The notes under the pieces are model-generated. The model saw only the letters and a list, made by a program, of their open reading frames with translations, ran no database searches and was not told the DNA's origin. Source: the human T2T-CHM13v2.0 reference genome, Homo sapiens. From it: a stretch of DNA of 64,000 bases. The position numbers and the translations under genes are program-made. How positions within the stretch are numbered: the stretch's first letter is position 1; every line of letters starts with the position of its first letter. The stretch lies in the NCBI RefSeq assembly GCF_009914755.1, contig NC_060937.1, one strand, 5' to 3'. Of the stretch, positions 1-17,414 are shown piece after piece.

Positions 1-76
1 CACCCAAGGAGCTTATGATTCTTCCACCTTGGCCTCCAAAAGTGTTGGAATTATAAGCAGGAGCCACTGTATCCAA
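1..76 (-). mobile_element. Alu 5' fragment (cut by window edge)
   Basis: ccttggcctccaaaagtgttggaattataagcaggagccact is the reverse complement of the Alu left-arm start. Confidence 0.8.
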
Positions 77-1328
77 TGTGTAATTTTTGTTGTTTGTGTA
101 TGCTTTAATTACTTTCTCTTTTTCTTTACTATGTTTTTTTCCCCCCAGTGGTTATCATGAGACTTATGTAAAACCTCTTGTATTTTAATAGTCTAGTTTA
201 AGATGATAACAATTTAGAGTATTCTGAATTTCAGTATGTATTTACCATTTTTAGTGACATTTATACTTTAGTATTTTTCATATTGTTAGTTAGCATTTCG
301 TCATATCAATGTGAAGATTTCTTCCAGACCATGGCTGGAGAAGGAAAGAAGGTGTGTTTTGCCTGATTCAGGGACTATAGAGAGAACCAAGTTCTGCAGG
401 CCTGTCACCTAAGTCTCAGATGAGTATGAATTCTCTTGTGTTTTTCACAGATTTTTGCAGTGGCAGGACCAAGTTCAAATGAGTCATAGCCAAGTCTACA
501 GTAAGATGTGGTAGTATTCTGTTTTGAACCGAGGACCATGATTGGCAAGCTTGCCACTTGGTCAAGTACTTACCCTCTAAAGATGTCTTCCTTGGTCTTT
601 GCCTCCAGCTGGGTGTCACAAACTCTGAACTGGATTCTAAGGCTTTCATGAATGCACTTATGTTTCCTGTGGCAGCTGCATTATGTTGTGGGGGATGTGC
701 ATGCCGAACCTCCCATTCTGTCGTCTTGCTTATGTTACTCTCCTTTATGTTTCACTTTCTCAAATGAATGTCAAGCTGGTGATTTTTAGATTCAAAAATT
801 CTAAAATAAATTGCTCAAATTTCCACATTATGTAAGCTATTAATAAAATGTCTTGTAGGTGCTACATATTCATTAAAATTTTTGGTTGTAATTTTAAGCT
901 CACTGCAGGCAGAATGGAATCATTAACATTTATATTCTTTTTTTTAGTCTGTATCTAAATGATGGTATATTTTAATTCCAGATATTTACTTTATACTGCA
1001 GTAATGCTCGTCATATTTTGCAAAATTTATGTTGTTCTTTTATTTGGAAATATAAGGCTTTTTTAGCTCCTGAAATCTATATTATAGTCATATAATTTTA
1101 TTATGTTTTGTGGTAAGAAGTGCAGCAACATATTGAGAACATAATAAAATTATCCTGTATTTTTAATGATTATTTATTAAATTCCTCTCATTACAGCCTG
1201 TTATTAATGATTGTAATGTATTTTCTGTATAATTTTACTTCAATTTATTAAATTCTAATGACTTAAATTGTCTGCTTTTCATGAGTGCACACAGTTGAAT
1301 GCTGTAGGTATCTAAAGAAATATTTTTC

Positions 1329-1637
1329 GGCCGGTTGTGGTGGCTCATGCCTGTATTCCCAGCACCTTGGGAGGCCAAGGCGGGTGGATCACGAGGTCAG
1401 GAGATCGAGACAACCCTGACTAACATGGTGAAACCCCGTCTCTACTAAATATACAAAAAATTAGCCGGGCATAGTGGCAGGCGCCTGTATCCCCAGCTAC
1501 TCAGGAGGCTGAGGCAGGAGAATGGCGTGAACTCAGTGGACAGAGTTTGCAGTGAGCCGAGATCGCGCCACTGCACTCCAGCCTGGGCAACAGGGCAAGA
1601 CTCTGTCTCAAAAAAAAATAAAAAAAACAAAACAAAA
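1329..1637 (+). mobile_element. Full-length Alu (AluY/Sc-like)
   Basis: Starts ggccggttgtggtggctcatgcc; dimeric; A-rich tail; imperfect TSD. Confidence 0.95.
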
Positions 1638-1959
1638 CGGTTATTTTCCATTGTAAATCTATGTTGTATTCAGGATTTTATGCATGAAAATCTCTCTTCT
1701 TATTTTCAATTCCGTGTTATTGTGTTTCTTTTCTTGGGAGTTATGTTTTCTCAGATCAGTTAAATGTATTTTTATTTTAAAGCTTGATATCATCAGTTGA
1801 AAGATAATTTTTAGCTCGGTACACTTTATCTCAATGTGATGTTTAATATATGTGTGAATTAGCTGTGTTTGTTGCTTATAGATATATCTGTATGTTTTTC
1901 ACTTATGTAAGTATGACATCTTTTTCCTTGTTTTTTTTTTTTTTCAGTTTCAGATAGGC

Positions 1960-2748
1960 TTTTTTTTTTTTTTAAGAGAATTTTAAAACAGAGTCGAAAG
2001 AAGAGAAATCAGTTATTTGTCCTCTTGCAGGGTGGGGAGACAACTTCCTTCCCCACAGGTTTGAGGCTATGCCTAAGTGGTGAGTCTTGAGGAGATGCAG
2101 AAAGGATCCATCCCAGGCACTTGGCTGGACTTAAGTAAGCATAGCCTTTGGGCCACAAGACCTGATGGTTTGGGTACTGGTCTGGACATAAGTCCCCATC
2201 TTCCCAGAAATATCGTCTTTTGTCTGCAACAACTGGCTGGAGAAATATTTCAGAAAGATATGTGTCTGGAACACCCAAAGGCATACTTTTCCTTTCTCCT
2301 TGGCATAGGCCTTGCAGCACTGAAGAAAGACCAGGTTTGCAATGGAGCCTTCAACAGTCTTCATCCCTATGGAACTCAGGGTCTCATAGGGTGACAGGAG
2401 AGGAGACAAAGCTAACTTGGGAAGAGTCTTTGTCCTTCAGCTTCTCCCCTACTGAAACACTATATATTGGGCCCACAGTTCATCACAAAACACACATGCT
2501 CTCTTTCTTTCTCTCACACCCACATCTTGGGAACCCAAAAAACTTGATGGCAGGTAGCTCTGGGTATCCTTGGTCTGGCATTCACCCACTGGGAATCTAA
2601 GCTGTCCTAAAGCTCTTTTCAATCACTTCTCACTGTTTCCAGGCCCATGTGGGTAGGTGTTCCAGGCTTCATTCTTTCAGGCTGATCATAAAGGCACAGT
2701 GTGGGAAAATCCCCTACTGTGATGGCCATTGCTGGGAAGCAGGAAAGG
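1960..2748 (-). pseudogene. Probable 3' UTR portion of the processed CTDSP2 pseudogene, ending at an A-rich tract
   Basis: Contiguous with the CTDSP2 stop region; T runs at ~1931-1973 are a possible poly(A) or internal priming site. UTR identity not verified. Confidence 0.5.
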
Positions 2749-3048
2749 CTAAGGGCCCACTGCTGCCCAAGGCTAGTGTAGACGCCCTCTGCTCCACTCA
2801 TGTCCTCAAAGACTGATATCAGGTGCAGCAACTGCTGTCTGGAATGTTATCAAACCAGGACTGCACAGGCACTGCATTCTCTGTGTGGAAGACGTAAGAA
2901 GCAGGCGAGTTGTCCAGGATGAGAGTTTTCCTCAGGTCCCTCCCCAGATGGCTGAGGTCATTGACATAGCAGCCCTGGTGGAACAAACGTAACTCATGCA
3001 CTAGGCAACCCCAGAACACCTCACACTGGTCCAGCACACCCATCACAA
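2749..3048 (-). pseudogene. CTDSP2: Processed CTDSP2 (SCP2 small CTD phosphatase) pseudogene, C-terminal half
   Basis: Minus-strand translation [45 protein letters not shown], then after a frameshift [20 protein letters not shown], matches CTDSP2 ([46 protein letters not shown]...IPIFEELSGAEDVYTSLGQLRAP); no introns. Confidence 0.93.
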
Positions 3049-4367
3049 TGTGTCTGGAATTGGTGGGTTCTTGTTCTCACTGACTTCAAGAATGAAGCCA
3101 CAGACCCTCACGGTGAGTGTTACAGTTCTTAAAGGTGGCATGTCTGGAGTTTGTTCCTTCTGACATTCGGATGTGTTGAGAGTTTCTTCCCTCTGGTGGG
3201 CTCGTGGTCTCGCTGGCTCAGGAGTGAAGCTGCAGATGTTCGCGGTGAGTGTTACAGCTCTTAAGGTGGCACATCTGGAGTTGTTCATTCCTCCAGGTGG
3301 GTTCGTGGTCTCGCTGGCTTCAGGAGTGAAGTTGTGGACCTTCACAGTGAGTGTTACAGCTCATAAAGGCATTGTGGACCCAAAGAGTGAGCAGCAGCAA
3401 GATTTATTGCAAAGAGCAAAAGAACAAAGCTTCCACAGTGTGGAAGGGGACCCGAGTGGGTTGCCACTGCTGGCTGGGGCAGCCTACTTTTATTCCCTTA
3501 TCTGGCCCCACCCACATCTTGCTGATTGTTAGAGCTGAGTGGTCTTTTTTCACAGGGCGCTGATTGGTGTGTTTACAATCCCTGAGCTAGACACAAAGGT
3601 TCTCCACATCCCCACCAGTGTAGCTAGATACAGAGTGTTGATTGGTGCATTCACAAACCCTGAGCTAGACACAGGGTGCTGGTTGGCATGTTTACAAACC
3701 TTGAGCTAGATACAGAGTGCTGATTGGTGTATTTACAATCCCTGAGCTAGACACAAAGTTTCTCCACGTCCCCACAAGACTCAGGAGCCCAGCTGGCTTC
3801 ACCCAGTGGATCCCCCACAGGGTCTGCAGGTGTAGCTGCCTGCCAGTCTGGCACTGTGCACCCGCACTTCTCAGCCCTTGGGTGGTTGATGGGACTGGGT
3901 GCCGTGGAGCAGGGGGCGGCACTCATCCAGGAGGCTTGGGCACACAGGAGCCCACGGATGGTGGGGAGGCTCAGGCATGGCAGGCTGCAGGACCCGAGCC
4001 CTGCCCTGTGGGAAGGCAGCGAAGGCCCAGCGAGAAATTGAGCACAGCAGCTGCTGGCCGAGGTGTTAAGCCCCTCACTGCCTGGGGCCGGTGGGGCCAG
4101 CTGGCGGCTCCAAGTGCGGGGTCCGCCGAGCTCGCGCTGGCCTGCAAGTACTGCACACCGCCCTGGTTCCCACACGCACCTCTCCCTCCACACCTCGTCG
4201 CAAGCTGAGGGAGCCGTCTCTGACCTTGGCCAGCCCAGAAAGGGGCTCCCACAGTGCAGCGACAGGCTGAAGGGCTCCTAAAGTGCCGCCAAAGTGGGAG
4301 CCCAGGCAGAGGAGGCCCCGAGAGCAAACAAGGGTTGTCAGGACTGCCAGCACGCTGTCACCTCTCA
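3049..4367 (-). mobile_element. Solo LTR12 (HERV9 LTR, LTR12C-like)
   Basis: Minus-strand ends TGAGAGGTGACAGCGTGCTGGCAGTCC...CCAATTCCAGACACA; tandem CCAAT-containing ~40-bp units at ~3520-3770; GC-rich U3; TSD ACAA/ACAG. Confidence 0.95.
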
Positions 4368-4877
4368 ACAGGATCTGCATACTTGTTCAGGCTGGAATGA
4401 AGAGAGCAATGAAGAAAACACATTTAAACAGTTCCTCCAGTCATCTCAGGAACTCATCCATATAAGGCCTCATGGTCCCCTCAATCTTTACAGTCACTAC
4501 GCAGTCAGCATTGCTGATTGGCTTAATGGAGCTATGCACAAGGGTTTCATCCATGTCAGTGACCATACACATCTTTCCTTGATTTTTCTCTGTCACCTCT
4601 GGGAGCAGGCAGGTCCCTGGGATCTGATAAAACTGATACTGGAGACCCTGGAGCTGATCCGACTTAGCAATGGTGTTGACTCCCTCCTTATGTGTGGAGA
4701 ACTCAGTGGGGGAACTTGACTTGCCAACATGCTGGGTGCAAGAACAGCAGAAAGTTACCTTCTAAGATGTGACAAACATGAGACCTCTTCGGAGAGCACT
4801 TTGGAAACCAGGCCTTGCTTGCTAAGGACCAGGGCATCTTCCCTCCATGCCTGGGTGGTGATGGAGCCTGGTTCCAT
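4368..4877 (-). pseudogene. CTDSP2: Processed CTDSP2 pseudogene, N-terminal half
   Basis: ATG at 4877 gives MEPGSITTQAWREDALVLSKQGLVSK (parent MEHGSIITQARREDALVLTKQGLVSK), later QYQFYQIPGTCLLPEVTE and DMDETLVHSS (DxDxT motif); contains frameshifts, a premature TGA and a deletion of THQVYVL. Confidence 0.93.
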
Positions 4878-5100
4878 CTAACAATCCTGAGGGCTCGGCT
4901 GGCTGGCTGGGAAGACAGCGGGCACGTTGGCTGGACTGGGCTGGGGGGCATGGGCTGGGGCCTGATTCAGTTCCCGAGAGTCTGACTTCCACAGCTGTTC
5001 ACATACCCCTTCTCCTTTCCATCACAGGCCAGGAAGGGAGGCGGCCTGTAGGGACGGTGGACGGCCTTGGCAGCAGCTCCCCAGGGTGCCCCCAGCCCCA
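4878..5100 (-). pseudogene. GC-rich 5' UTR of the CTDSP2 retrocopy
   Basis: GC-rich (cccagc)n-like tract directly upstream of ggattgttagATG; upstream limit uncertain. Confidence 0.55.
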
Positions 5101-5167
5101 AATCCCCCAGCAGGAGCTTCAGGATCCTCAGTTTGGGTCTAACATAGGGAATCCACCTCATACTCAT

Positions 5168-8670
<3,503 letters not shown>

Positions 8671-8989
8671 TTCTTGGTTTCTAGTGATTATTTTATTCTA
8701 TCTTGGTGAGTAGTCAGGGAAATAATCTTAAATTTACAATCAACTTATAGTTTAAATCTAAATAATTAAGTGAGAAGAACCCTTTGTTATTTGAAGGGGA
8801 TGTTTGAAGATTTTGTAACCGTGCCTTTTAGGTAGTCCTAAATTTCTAATTGTAGTTAAAAACATGCCATTTTCATTTCTAACATTTTAAGTATATGGTT
8901 TAGAAGTGGTAAGTATAGTTCTATTTTTTTTGCAATAGGTTTTAGATAATTTTTGTCTTACAAAAGTAAAAGTGAATACTCATTAATTC

Positions 8990-10197
<1,208 letters not shown>

Positions 10198-10840
10198 CTT
10201 GGTTTCTTTGAGTTTGACTAAATATTTTACATAGGTGTAATTATACAGTTTTCCTTTTTGACTGTCTTGTTTTACTTAACAGAATGTTTTCGAGATTTGT
10301 CCTTATTGTAGTACTTTTCAAGATTTCCTTATTTTTAAGGCTGAATGCTATCCAGTGAATATACGTGCCCTGTTTGTTGAATCTACTCATCCTTAAAGGT
10401 ACATTTGCTTCCAGGTAGTATGTTTGTGAGTAATGCTACAGTGTACATAAATGTGCATATATCTATTCCATGTTCTGCTTTGCCTGTTTGGGATATTTTT
10501 CACACACTGATTTAGTACCATGTGTATTCCCTTGCTTTTGTTGTCTGATTCGTTGATGTTACATCCCCCAAATTATTGCCGAGACCAATTGTCATGAAGC
10601 TTCACCCTTCTGTATTGTGCTAGGAATTTTACAGCTATAGATTTTACATTATAGTCTTCATATTTTAAAATTGACACATGTAATTGTACAAATTTTGGGG
10701 AAACAATTATGTATATATGTTGTATAGCAATAAAAATCAGAGTACTTAGTGTAATTATTGCCTCATACATTTGTTATTTTTGTGGTGAGAACATTCAAAA
10801 GCTTCTTCTCTAGCTATTTTTTTATATCTTTATATATTAA

Positions 10841-11115
10841 CTTTTTTTAGAGACAGGATCTTGCTCTAACACACAGATTGGAGTGCAGTGGTGCAATCCT
10901 AGCTCACTGTAACCTCAAACAATCTTCTAACCTCAGCTTCCCAATTAGCTGAGACTACAGGAACCTGCCTCCATGCCTGGATAATGTTTTAATTTTTCAT
11001 AGAGACAGGGTCACACTATGTTGTCCAGGCTCATCTTGAACTTCTGACGTCAAGTGATTCTCCTACCTCATTCTCCCAAAATGTATGGATGGCAGGAATG
11101 TGCCACCACAACTGG
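10841..11115 (-). mobile_element. AluJ (diverged)
   Basis: agagacaggatcttgctcta...ggagtgcagtggtgcaatcctagctcactg. Confidence 0.85.
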
Positions 11116-11119
11116 TCTC

Positions 11120-13215
11120 TTTTAGCTATTTTGTAATTTGAGATAACTTTTCATTAATTATTATTATTCTGCTGTGTAACAAAAAACAAAAACTTATTTC
11201 TCCTATCTAATTGTAACACAATACTTTTGAAGCTGCCTTTTCCCATCTCCCTGCTTCAGTCTCTGGGAACCCCTGTTGTACTCTTTGCTTCTATCAACCC
11301 TTTTTTTCAGGTTCCTCAAATGAGTGAGATAATAAGATCATAAAGTATTTGTGTTTCTCTATGTGGCTTATTTTACTTAACATGGTATGCTCAAGGTTCA
11401 TCCATGCTCTTTTAACTGACAGAATTTTATCCTTTCTTATAGCTGAATAGTATTTCACTGTGCATATATAGTACATTTTCCTTATCCATTTATCTGTTGC
11501 TGTACATTTGAATTGATTCCATATATAAGCTATTATAACTAGTTCTGTAACTAACATGGAAATGCAAATATCTTTTTGACACAGTGATATCCTTTCTTTT
11601 GTATATACATGCAGGAGTAAAATTGCTGGATCATGTAATACATATATTTTTAATTTCTTTCAGAAACCTCCATAGTATTTTCTATAGTGGCCATACTAAT
11701 TTACAATTCCACCAACAATGTATACATTCACTCATTTTATATCCTCATTAGTACTTGTTTTATTTATTTATTTATTTTTATTATAGCCATTCTAAATGGG
11801 AGTGAGGCGGTACCTCATTGTGGTTTGGATTTTCATTTCCTTAGTGATTAGTAATGTAGAACATATTTTTATGTTCCAGTTAGCCATTTTTGTATCACTT
11901 TTTGACAAACATCTATTAAGATCTTTTGCATTTTTTTAATTAGATTATAAGTGTATTTTATTTTGAGATTTTAAAGTTTCTTATTTATTCTGAATATTAG
12001 CCTTTTGTCATATGTATAGCCTGAAAGCATTTTCTTTTATTGCCTAAGCTGTCTCTTCAATCTTTTAGTTTTTTTAATATGGAAAAGCATTTTAGTTTGA
12101 CATAATGTTGTTTGCTTATTTTTGATTTTGTTGCCTATGTTTTGACATGTTATTTTAATAATCCTTTCCCCGTCGAATGTTATAAAGCATTTTTTAGTTT
12201 TTCTCTAATAGTTTCATAATTGATAGCATTACATTTAAGTCTTTAGTTTGAATTGATTTTCATATATGGCAAGGCACAGGGGTCTAGTATAATTTTTCTG
12301 AATTTAAATATTTAAATGGCCCTGCATCATTTATTGAAGAAATTAGCTTTTCCCTAAAGTGTGTTCTTGGCAATTTTGTTGACAATCAGTTGGCTTTAGG
12401 TGCATAAACTAACTTCTGGGCTTCTTGGGCACATTAGTCTATGTGTTTGTTTTTATGCCAGTACAGTGCTCTTTTGGTTACTATAGCTTTGTAGCAAGTT
12501 TTGAAGTTTGATAAAGTGATGCCTTTAGCTTTGCTTATTTTGCTCAAAGTTATTTGTCTATTCAGAGTTTTTTGTGGATCCACATAAATTTAAAATATTT
12601 TTTCTATTTCTGTGAAAAAATGTCATTGATATTTTGATAAAAATCACGTTAGTCTCTAGATCACTTTGGGTAATTAACAGTATTCTTCCAGTGTATAAAC
12701 ACAAGATTTTTTCATTTATTCATTTGTATTTTATATTTTTTATCCATGTTTTGTCATTTTCAGAGTAGAGATCTTGTACCTTTTAAGTTAAGTTTGTTGC
12801 TAGGTGTATTAGTCGGGCTCCCTAGAGAGATCACAAGATCTCACAATAGGTTGTCTGCAAGTTTTAGGAGCAAGGAGAGGCAGTCCACGTCCCAAAGCTG
12901 AAGAACTTGGAGTCTGGTGTTTGAGGGCTGGAAACGTCCAGCACAGGAGAAAGATGTAGACTGGGAGCTTAGGCCAGTCTCTCCTTTTTACGTTTTCCTG
13001 CCTGCTTTATATTCATTGGCAGCTTATTAGATGGCGCTCACCCAATTAAGAGTGGGCCTCCCTTTCCCAGCCCACTGACTCAAATGTTAATCTCGTTTGT
13101 CAACACCCTCACAGGCACACCCAGGATCAATGCTTTCTATCCTCCAATCCAATCAATTTGACAGCCAGTATTAACCATCACATTAAGTATTTTAATTTTT
13201 GTACCTTTTGCTTAT
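11120..13215 (-). mobile_element. L1MA-type element (3' UTR and ORF2 end), interrupted by MLT2
   Basis: L1 3' UTR and ORF2 motifs on minus strand (KWIRKMYYICTVKYYSAIRKDKIL). Confidence 0.85.
12805..13182 (-). mobile_element. MLT2A-type (HERV-L) solo LTR with internal deletion
   Basis: Minus-strand start TGTGATGGTTAATACTGGCTGTCAAATTGATTGGATTGG; ends ...CTAATACA; lacks the segment normally between ctagaga and gatcacaag. Confidence 0.88.
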
Positions 13216-13229
13216 GCAGAAGAAACGTT

Positions 13230-13692
13230 GGATGTAATTCAACATTCATTATGATGAAAACTCTCAACAAATTAGGAATAGAAGTTATGTTCCTCAACAC
13301 AATAAAGGCCATTTATGACAAAGCAATGCTAACATTATACTGAATAAGGAAAAGCTGAAAGCTTTCTCTCTGAGATCCGGAACAAGACTAATCATCCCCA
13401 CTTTCAGACCTCTTATTCAACATAGTACTGGAAGTCTTAGCCAAGGACATTATGCAAGAGGTAGAAATAAACTCATACTAATAGGAAAGGACGAAGTCAA
13501 ATGGTCTCTGATTGTGGACAAAATAATCTTATATGTGAAAAACTCTAAACACTACACCAAAACCTAATAGAACTACTAAACAAATTCTGTAACATTGCAG
13601 AAAATCAACAGAGTAGCAGCTTTCTGTATGCTGATAGCAAAATATCTGAAAAATAAAGTTTAAAATTCCATTTTAATAACTAACAAAAATTA
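13230..13692 (+). mobile_element. Inverted L1 ORF2 segment (5' inversion of the adjacent L1MA)
   Basis: MKTLNKLGIEVMFLNTIKAIYDK on plus strand; ends at the ORF2 position where the minus-strand segment begins. Confidence 0.8.
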
Positions 13693-13702
13693 GTTATTTT
13701 GA

Positions 13703-14001
13703 GTTTATTTCTTTATATGAGGTGGAGTCTTTCTCTGTCACCAGGCTGAAGCACAGTGGTGTGATCTCCGCTCACTGAAACTCTTGCCTCCCGGGTTCCA
13801 GAGATTCTCCTGCCTCAGCCTCCTGAGTGGCTGGAACTATAGGCGTGTGCCACCACCGCCAACTAATTTTTGTTTGTATTTTTAGTAGAGACGTGGTTTC
13901 CCCATGTTGGCTAGGATGGTCTTGATCTCCTGACCTTGTGATTCACTTGCCTCAGCCTCCCAAAGTGCTGGGATTACAGGTGTGAGCCACCACACCCGGC
14001 C
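13703..14001 (-). mobile_element. Alu (AluS)
   Basis: Alu consensus on minus strand; flanked by ttgagttta. Confidence 0.92.
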
Positions 14002-14408
14002 TTGAGTTTATGTTTTTATTGGTGCAAGGTAAGGTGTAACTTTGTTATTTTTTCCTTGTAAATTTTTATTATTCTCAATACTGTTTGTTGAAGAGACTGT
14101 TCTTTCCTTATTGTGAATTCTTGGAACAGTTTTTAAAAATAAGTTTACTAAACCCATGAGGTCTTATGTCCGAACACTCTCATCTGTTTCATCATTCATT
14201 TGTCTTTCTGTCAGTACCAAACAGTTTTGATTACTATACCTTTATAGTATGTTTTGAAATTAGAAAGTATGATGCCTCTATCTTTATATTTTTTTCCCAA
14301 TATTATTTGGCTGTTTGCAATCACTTGAAATTCCATAAAAATTATAGAATATTTTAAAACTTCTGCAAAAAGTTTCATTGGTATTTTGATAGAAAGTATA
14401 TTGAATCA

Positions 14409-14719
<311 letters not shown>

Positions 14720-15599
14720 TCAGTAAACCACTTTCAGTAGTAGTGACATGTTAACAATATTAAGTCTATAACCTCTTGAACAAGAGTGTGTTTGAGAATT
14801 TGTTGTTTAATTTTTACTTATTGTTTGACATGCTAGTGTTTTTAACTTCTTGTTTTATTGTATCATAGTTAGCAATAATTTTGTAATTCCATCTGCTTAA
14901 ATTTGCTAAGATTCATTTTTTAACTTAACAGGTGGTCTATCTGGAATATTGTGGCATGTGTGATTAAAAGTATTGCAGATTCTACTGTTGAGTGGAGAAA
15001 TATAAATGTGACTGTTAGGTCTAATTGTCCTATCGTGTTGTTGAAATCCTCTGTTTACTTATCCATCTTATGTTTGTTTTTTAATTTACATTACTAAAAG
15101 TCAGATATAAAAGTCATTTACTGTTATCAGGTGCTGGCTACTTCATGTTTCAATTCTGTAAAATGTTGCTTCATATGTTTGGGAACTGTGATGTAAGGCA
15201 CATGCGTTACTGTTGTTGCTTTTATTGTTGTATGTTGTTTTAATGTTTTTGCTTTTATTGTTGTATGTTGCTTTATTGTTGTTGCTTTTATTGTTGTTGT
15301 TTTTATTGTCCTTTTCCTCTTGTCTCTTGAGGAAGTTTTTGAAATAATATGTATTTTGTCTACCATGACAGTATTTGATTTTGCATTTAATATTTTTTAT
15401 TATTCTTTCATGTACAGGTTATATGTGTTCCAGATCATAATTTGGTTATTTGTAGGAAGCAGAGAGTTGAATCTTGTTTCATGAATTTATTTAGTGAAAG
15501 TATGTTTTTGATTGACATAATTGATTTATATAAAAAAATTACTAAAAGGGAATGATTTTGTATTGCATTTTGTTTCTTTTTTGTTTTAGGTCCTGCAGC

Positions 15600-15911
15600 A
15601 TTTTTTTTTTTTTTTTGAGACGGAGTCTCTCTCTGTCGCCCAGGTTGGAGTGCAGTGGTGAGATCTTGGCTCAAAGTAAGCTCCGCCTCCCGGGTTCATG
15701 CCATTCTCCTGTCTCAGATTCCCCAGCAGCTGGGATTGCCGGAGCCTGCCACCACGCCCGGCTATTTTTTTTTTTTTTTTTTTTTTTTTTTTGGTAGAGA
15801 CGTGGTTTCACCGTGTTAGCCAGGATGGGCTCGATCTCCTGACCTCGTTGATCCACCCACCTCGGCCTCCCAAATTGCTAGGATTACAAGCGTGAGCCAC
15901 CGCCCCTGGCC
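15600..15911 (-). mobile_element. AluY-like with expanded middle A tract
   Basis: gagacggagtctct...aagctccgcctcccgggttca; TSD ggtcctgcagc / ggtcctgtagc. Confidence 0.93.
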
Positions 15912-16055
15912 GGTCCTGTAGCTATTTCGTTCCTGTTTTTCTCTCTTGTTCTCTTTCTTAGTGTACTATTGATTTTTGTAGTGACATGTTTTAATTCTTT
16001 TCTCACTACTCTCTGTGTGTGTATGTCTTTCTGTGTGTGTACTATAGGTATTTCC

Positions 16056-16280
16056 TTTTTTTTTTTGACAGGGTCTTGCTCTGTCACCCAGGCTGGAGTG
16101 CAGTGGCACAATCTCTGCTTACTCAAGCTCTGCCTCTCAGGCTCAACTCAAACAATCCTCCCACCACAGCCTTCTGAGTACCTGGGACCACAGATGTGCA
16201 CCACTACTCCTGGCTAACAGTTGTTATTTTGCATAGAGACAGGGTTTTTCCATGTTACCCAGACTAGTCTCAAAATCCTA
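16056..16280 (-). mobile_element. AluJ (5'-truncated)
   Basis: gacagggtcttgctctgtcacccaggctggagtgcagtggcacaatc. Confidence 0.85.
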
Positions 16281-17414
16281 AGAACTGTAGGTATTTTCTT
16301 TGTTGTTACTATAGATATTACCAAGAATAACTACTATTACATATAAAACCCTGCCTCTTTATGGCTCCCTATGTGTTTTATTGATGTCACAAATTATATC
16401 ATTTTGTGTTGTGAATCTGTTGGCACAGATTTATAGTCATTTTTAAGTCTTTGTTGTCTCAAATATATAACAGAATTAAAGTATTCTGTGCATCTTCATT
16501 ATAATTACAAAGAATATTATGATTGTGTACATAATTTTCTCTATTAGAAAATGTCATATTTTACATAATTTTGTGTTGCTCTCATCATTATTTCATTTTT
16601 TAATGTGAATGACTATTTAGCATTTTTTAAGACAGGCCTAGTGGGTATAAATTTATACAGTTTTTGTTGATCTTGAATATTCTTTATTTTTATTTTTTAA
16701 TTCATTTGAAATGATAGTTTTGGCAGACATAGTGTTCTTGGCTGGTACTTGCCATTTTTTCAGCACTTTGAGTATGTCATCCTACAACCTCTTACCTGTA
16801 AGTTTTTTTGCTGAGACATCTGCTGGTCATCCTGCAGGGGTAAACTTGTACATGCTAAGTCACTTTTTTCTTGCTGACTTCAAGATTCTCGGTGTTTTAA
16901 CTTTTGAATCTCTGATTATAATGTGTCTTGTCATGGGTCTCCCTGTGTTGTTACTAGTTACAGTTGGTAAAGTTTCATTAAATTTTAGGTCATTTTCTCC
17001 CTCAAATTCTGAGTTCTCTGTCACTGTTTGTTTCTTGAAATAATTTTGCTGCTCTCTTTTCTCTTTTTATTTTAGAATTCCCATTATGAGTATATTGGCC
17101 ATCTTAATGGTATCCTATAATTCCCTTAGGCTCTCTTAATTTTTTAAATTATTTTTAGCCTCCTCACCCTATAATTTCAAATGACTTCTTATGAGGCTTG
17201 CTGTATTTTTTCCTGCTAGATCAAACCTGTTGTTGGACTTTCTAGTGAATCTCTAAACTCAGGTATTTTACTTTTCAGCTCTACACTTTGTTTCTATTTT
17301 GCACTTTTAATCACTTCTTTGATAATCTCATTATCTTCATGCATTGTTTTCTTTTTCTGTTTAGTTTTCTATATTCTTCTTTAGCTGACTGAGCATCTTT
17401 AAGCTAGGTGTTTT

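Noticed and set aside
328-810. Possible exons (cag|accATGG, ttttcacag| at 450, AATAAA ~805)
   Set aside because: The donor-like site is ATGAGT rather than GT and lies only ~31 nt from the acceptor; no homology recognised
3043-4465. Cluster of 100-163-aa ORFs
   Set aside because: All lie within or overlap the GC-rich LTR12, are overlapping on both strands and show no protein homology
2749-4877. Functional CTDSP2 paralogue or miR-26 host
   Set aside because: Premature stop, frameshifts, a deletion and an LTR insertion; intronless, so the intronic miR-26a-2 is absent
15127-15366. ORF with KATTIKQHTT repeats
   Set aside because: Translation of a degenerate (TTG/TTATTG)n tract inside old L1
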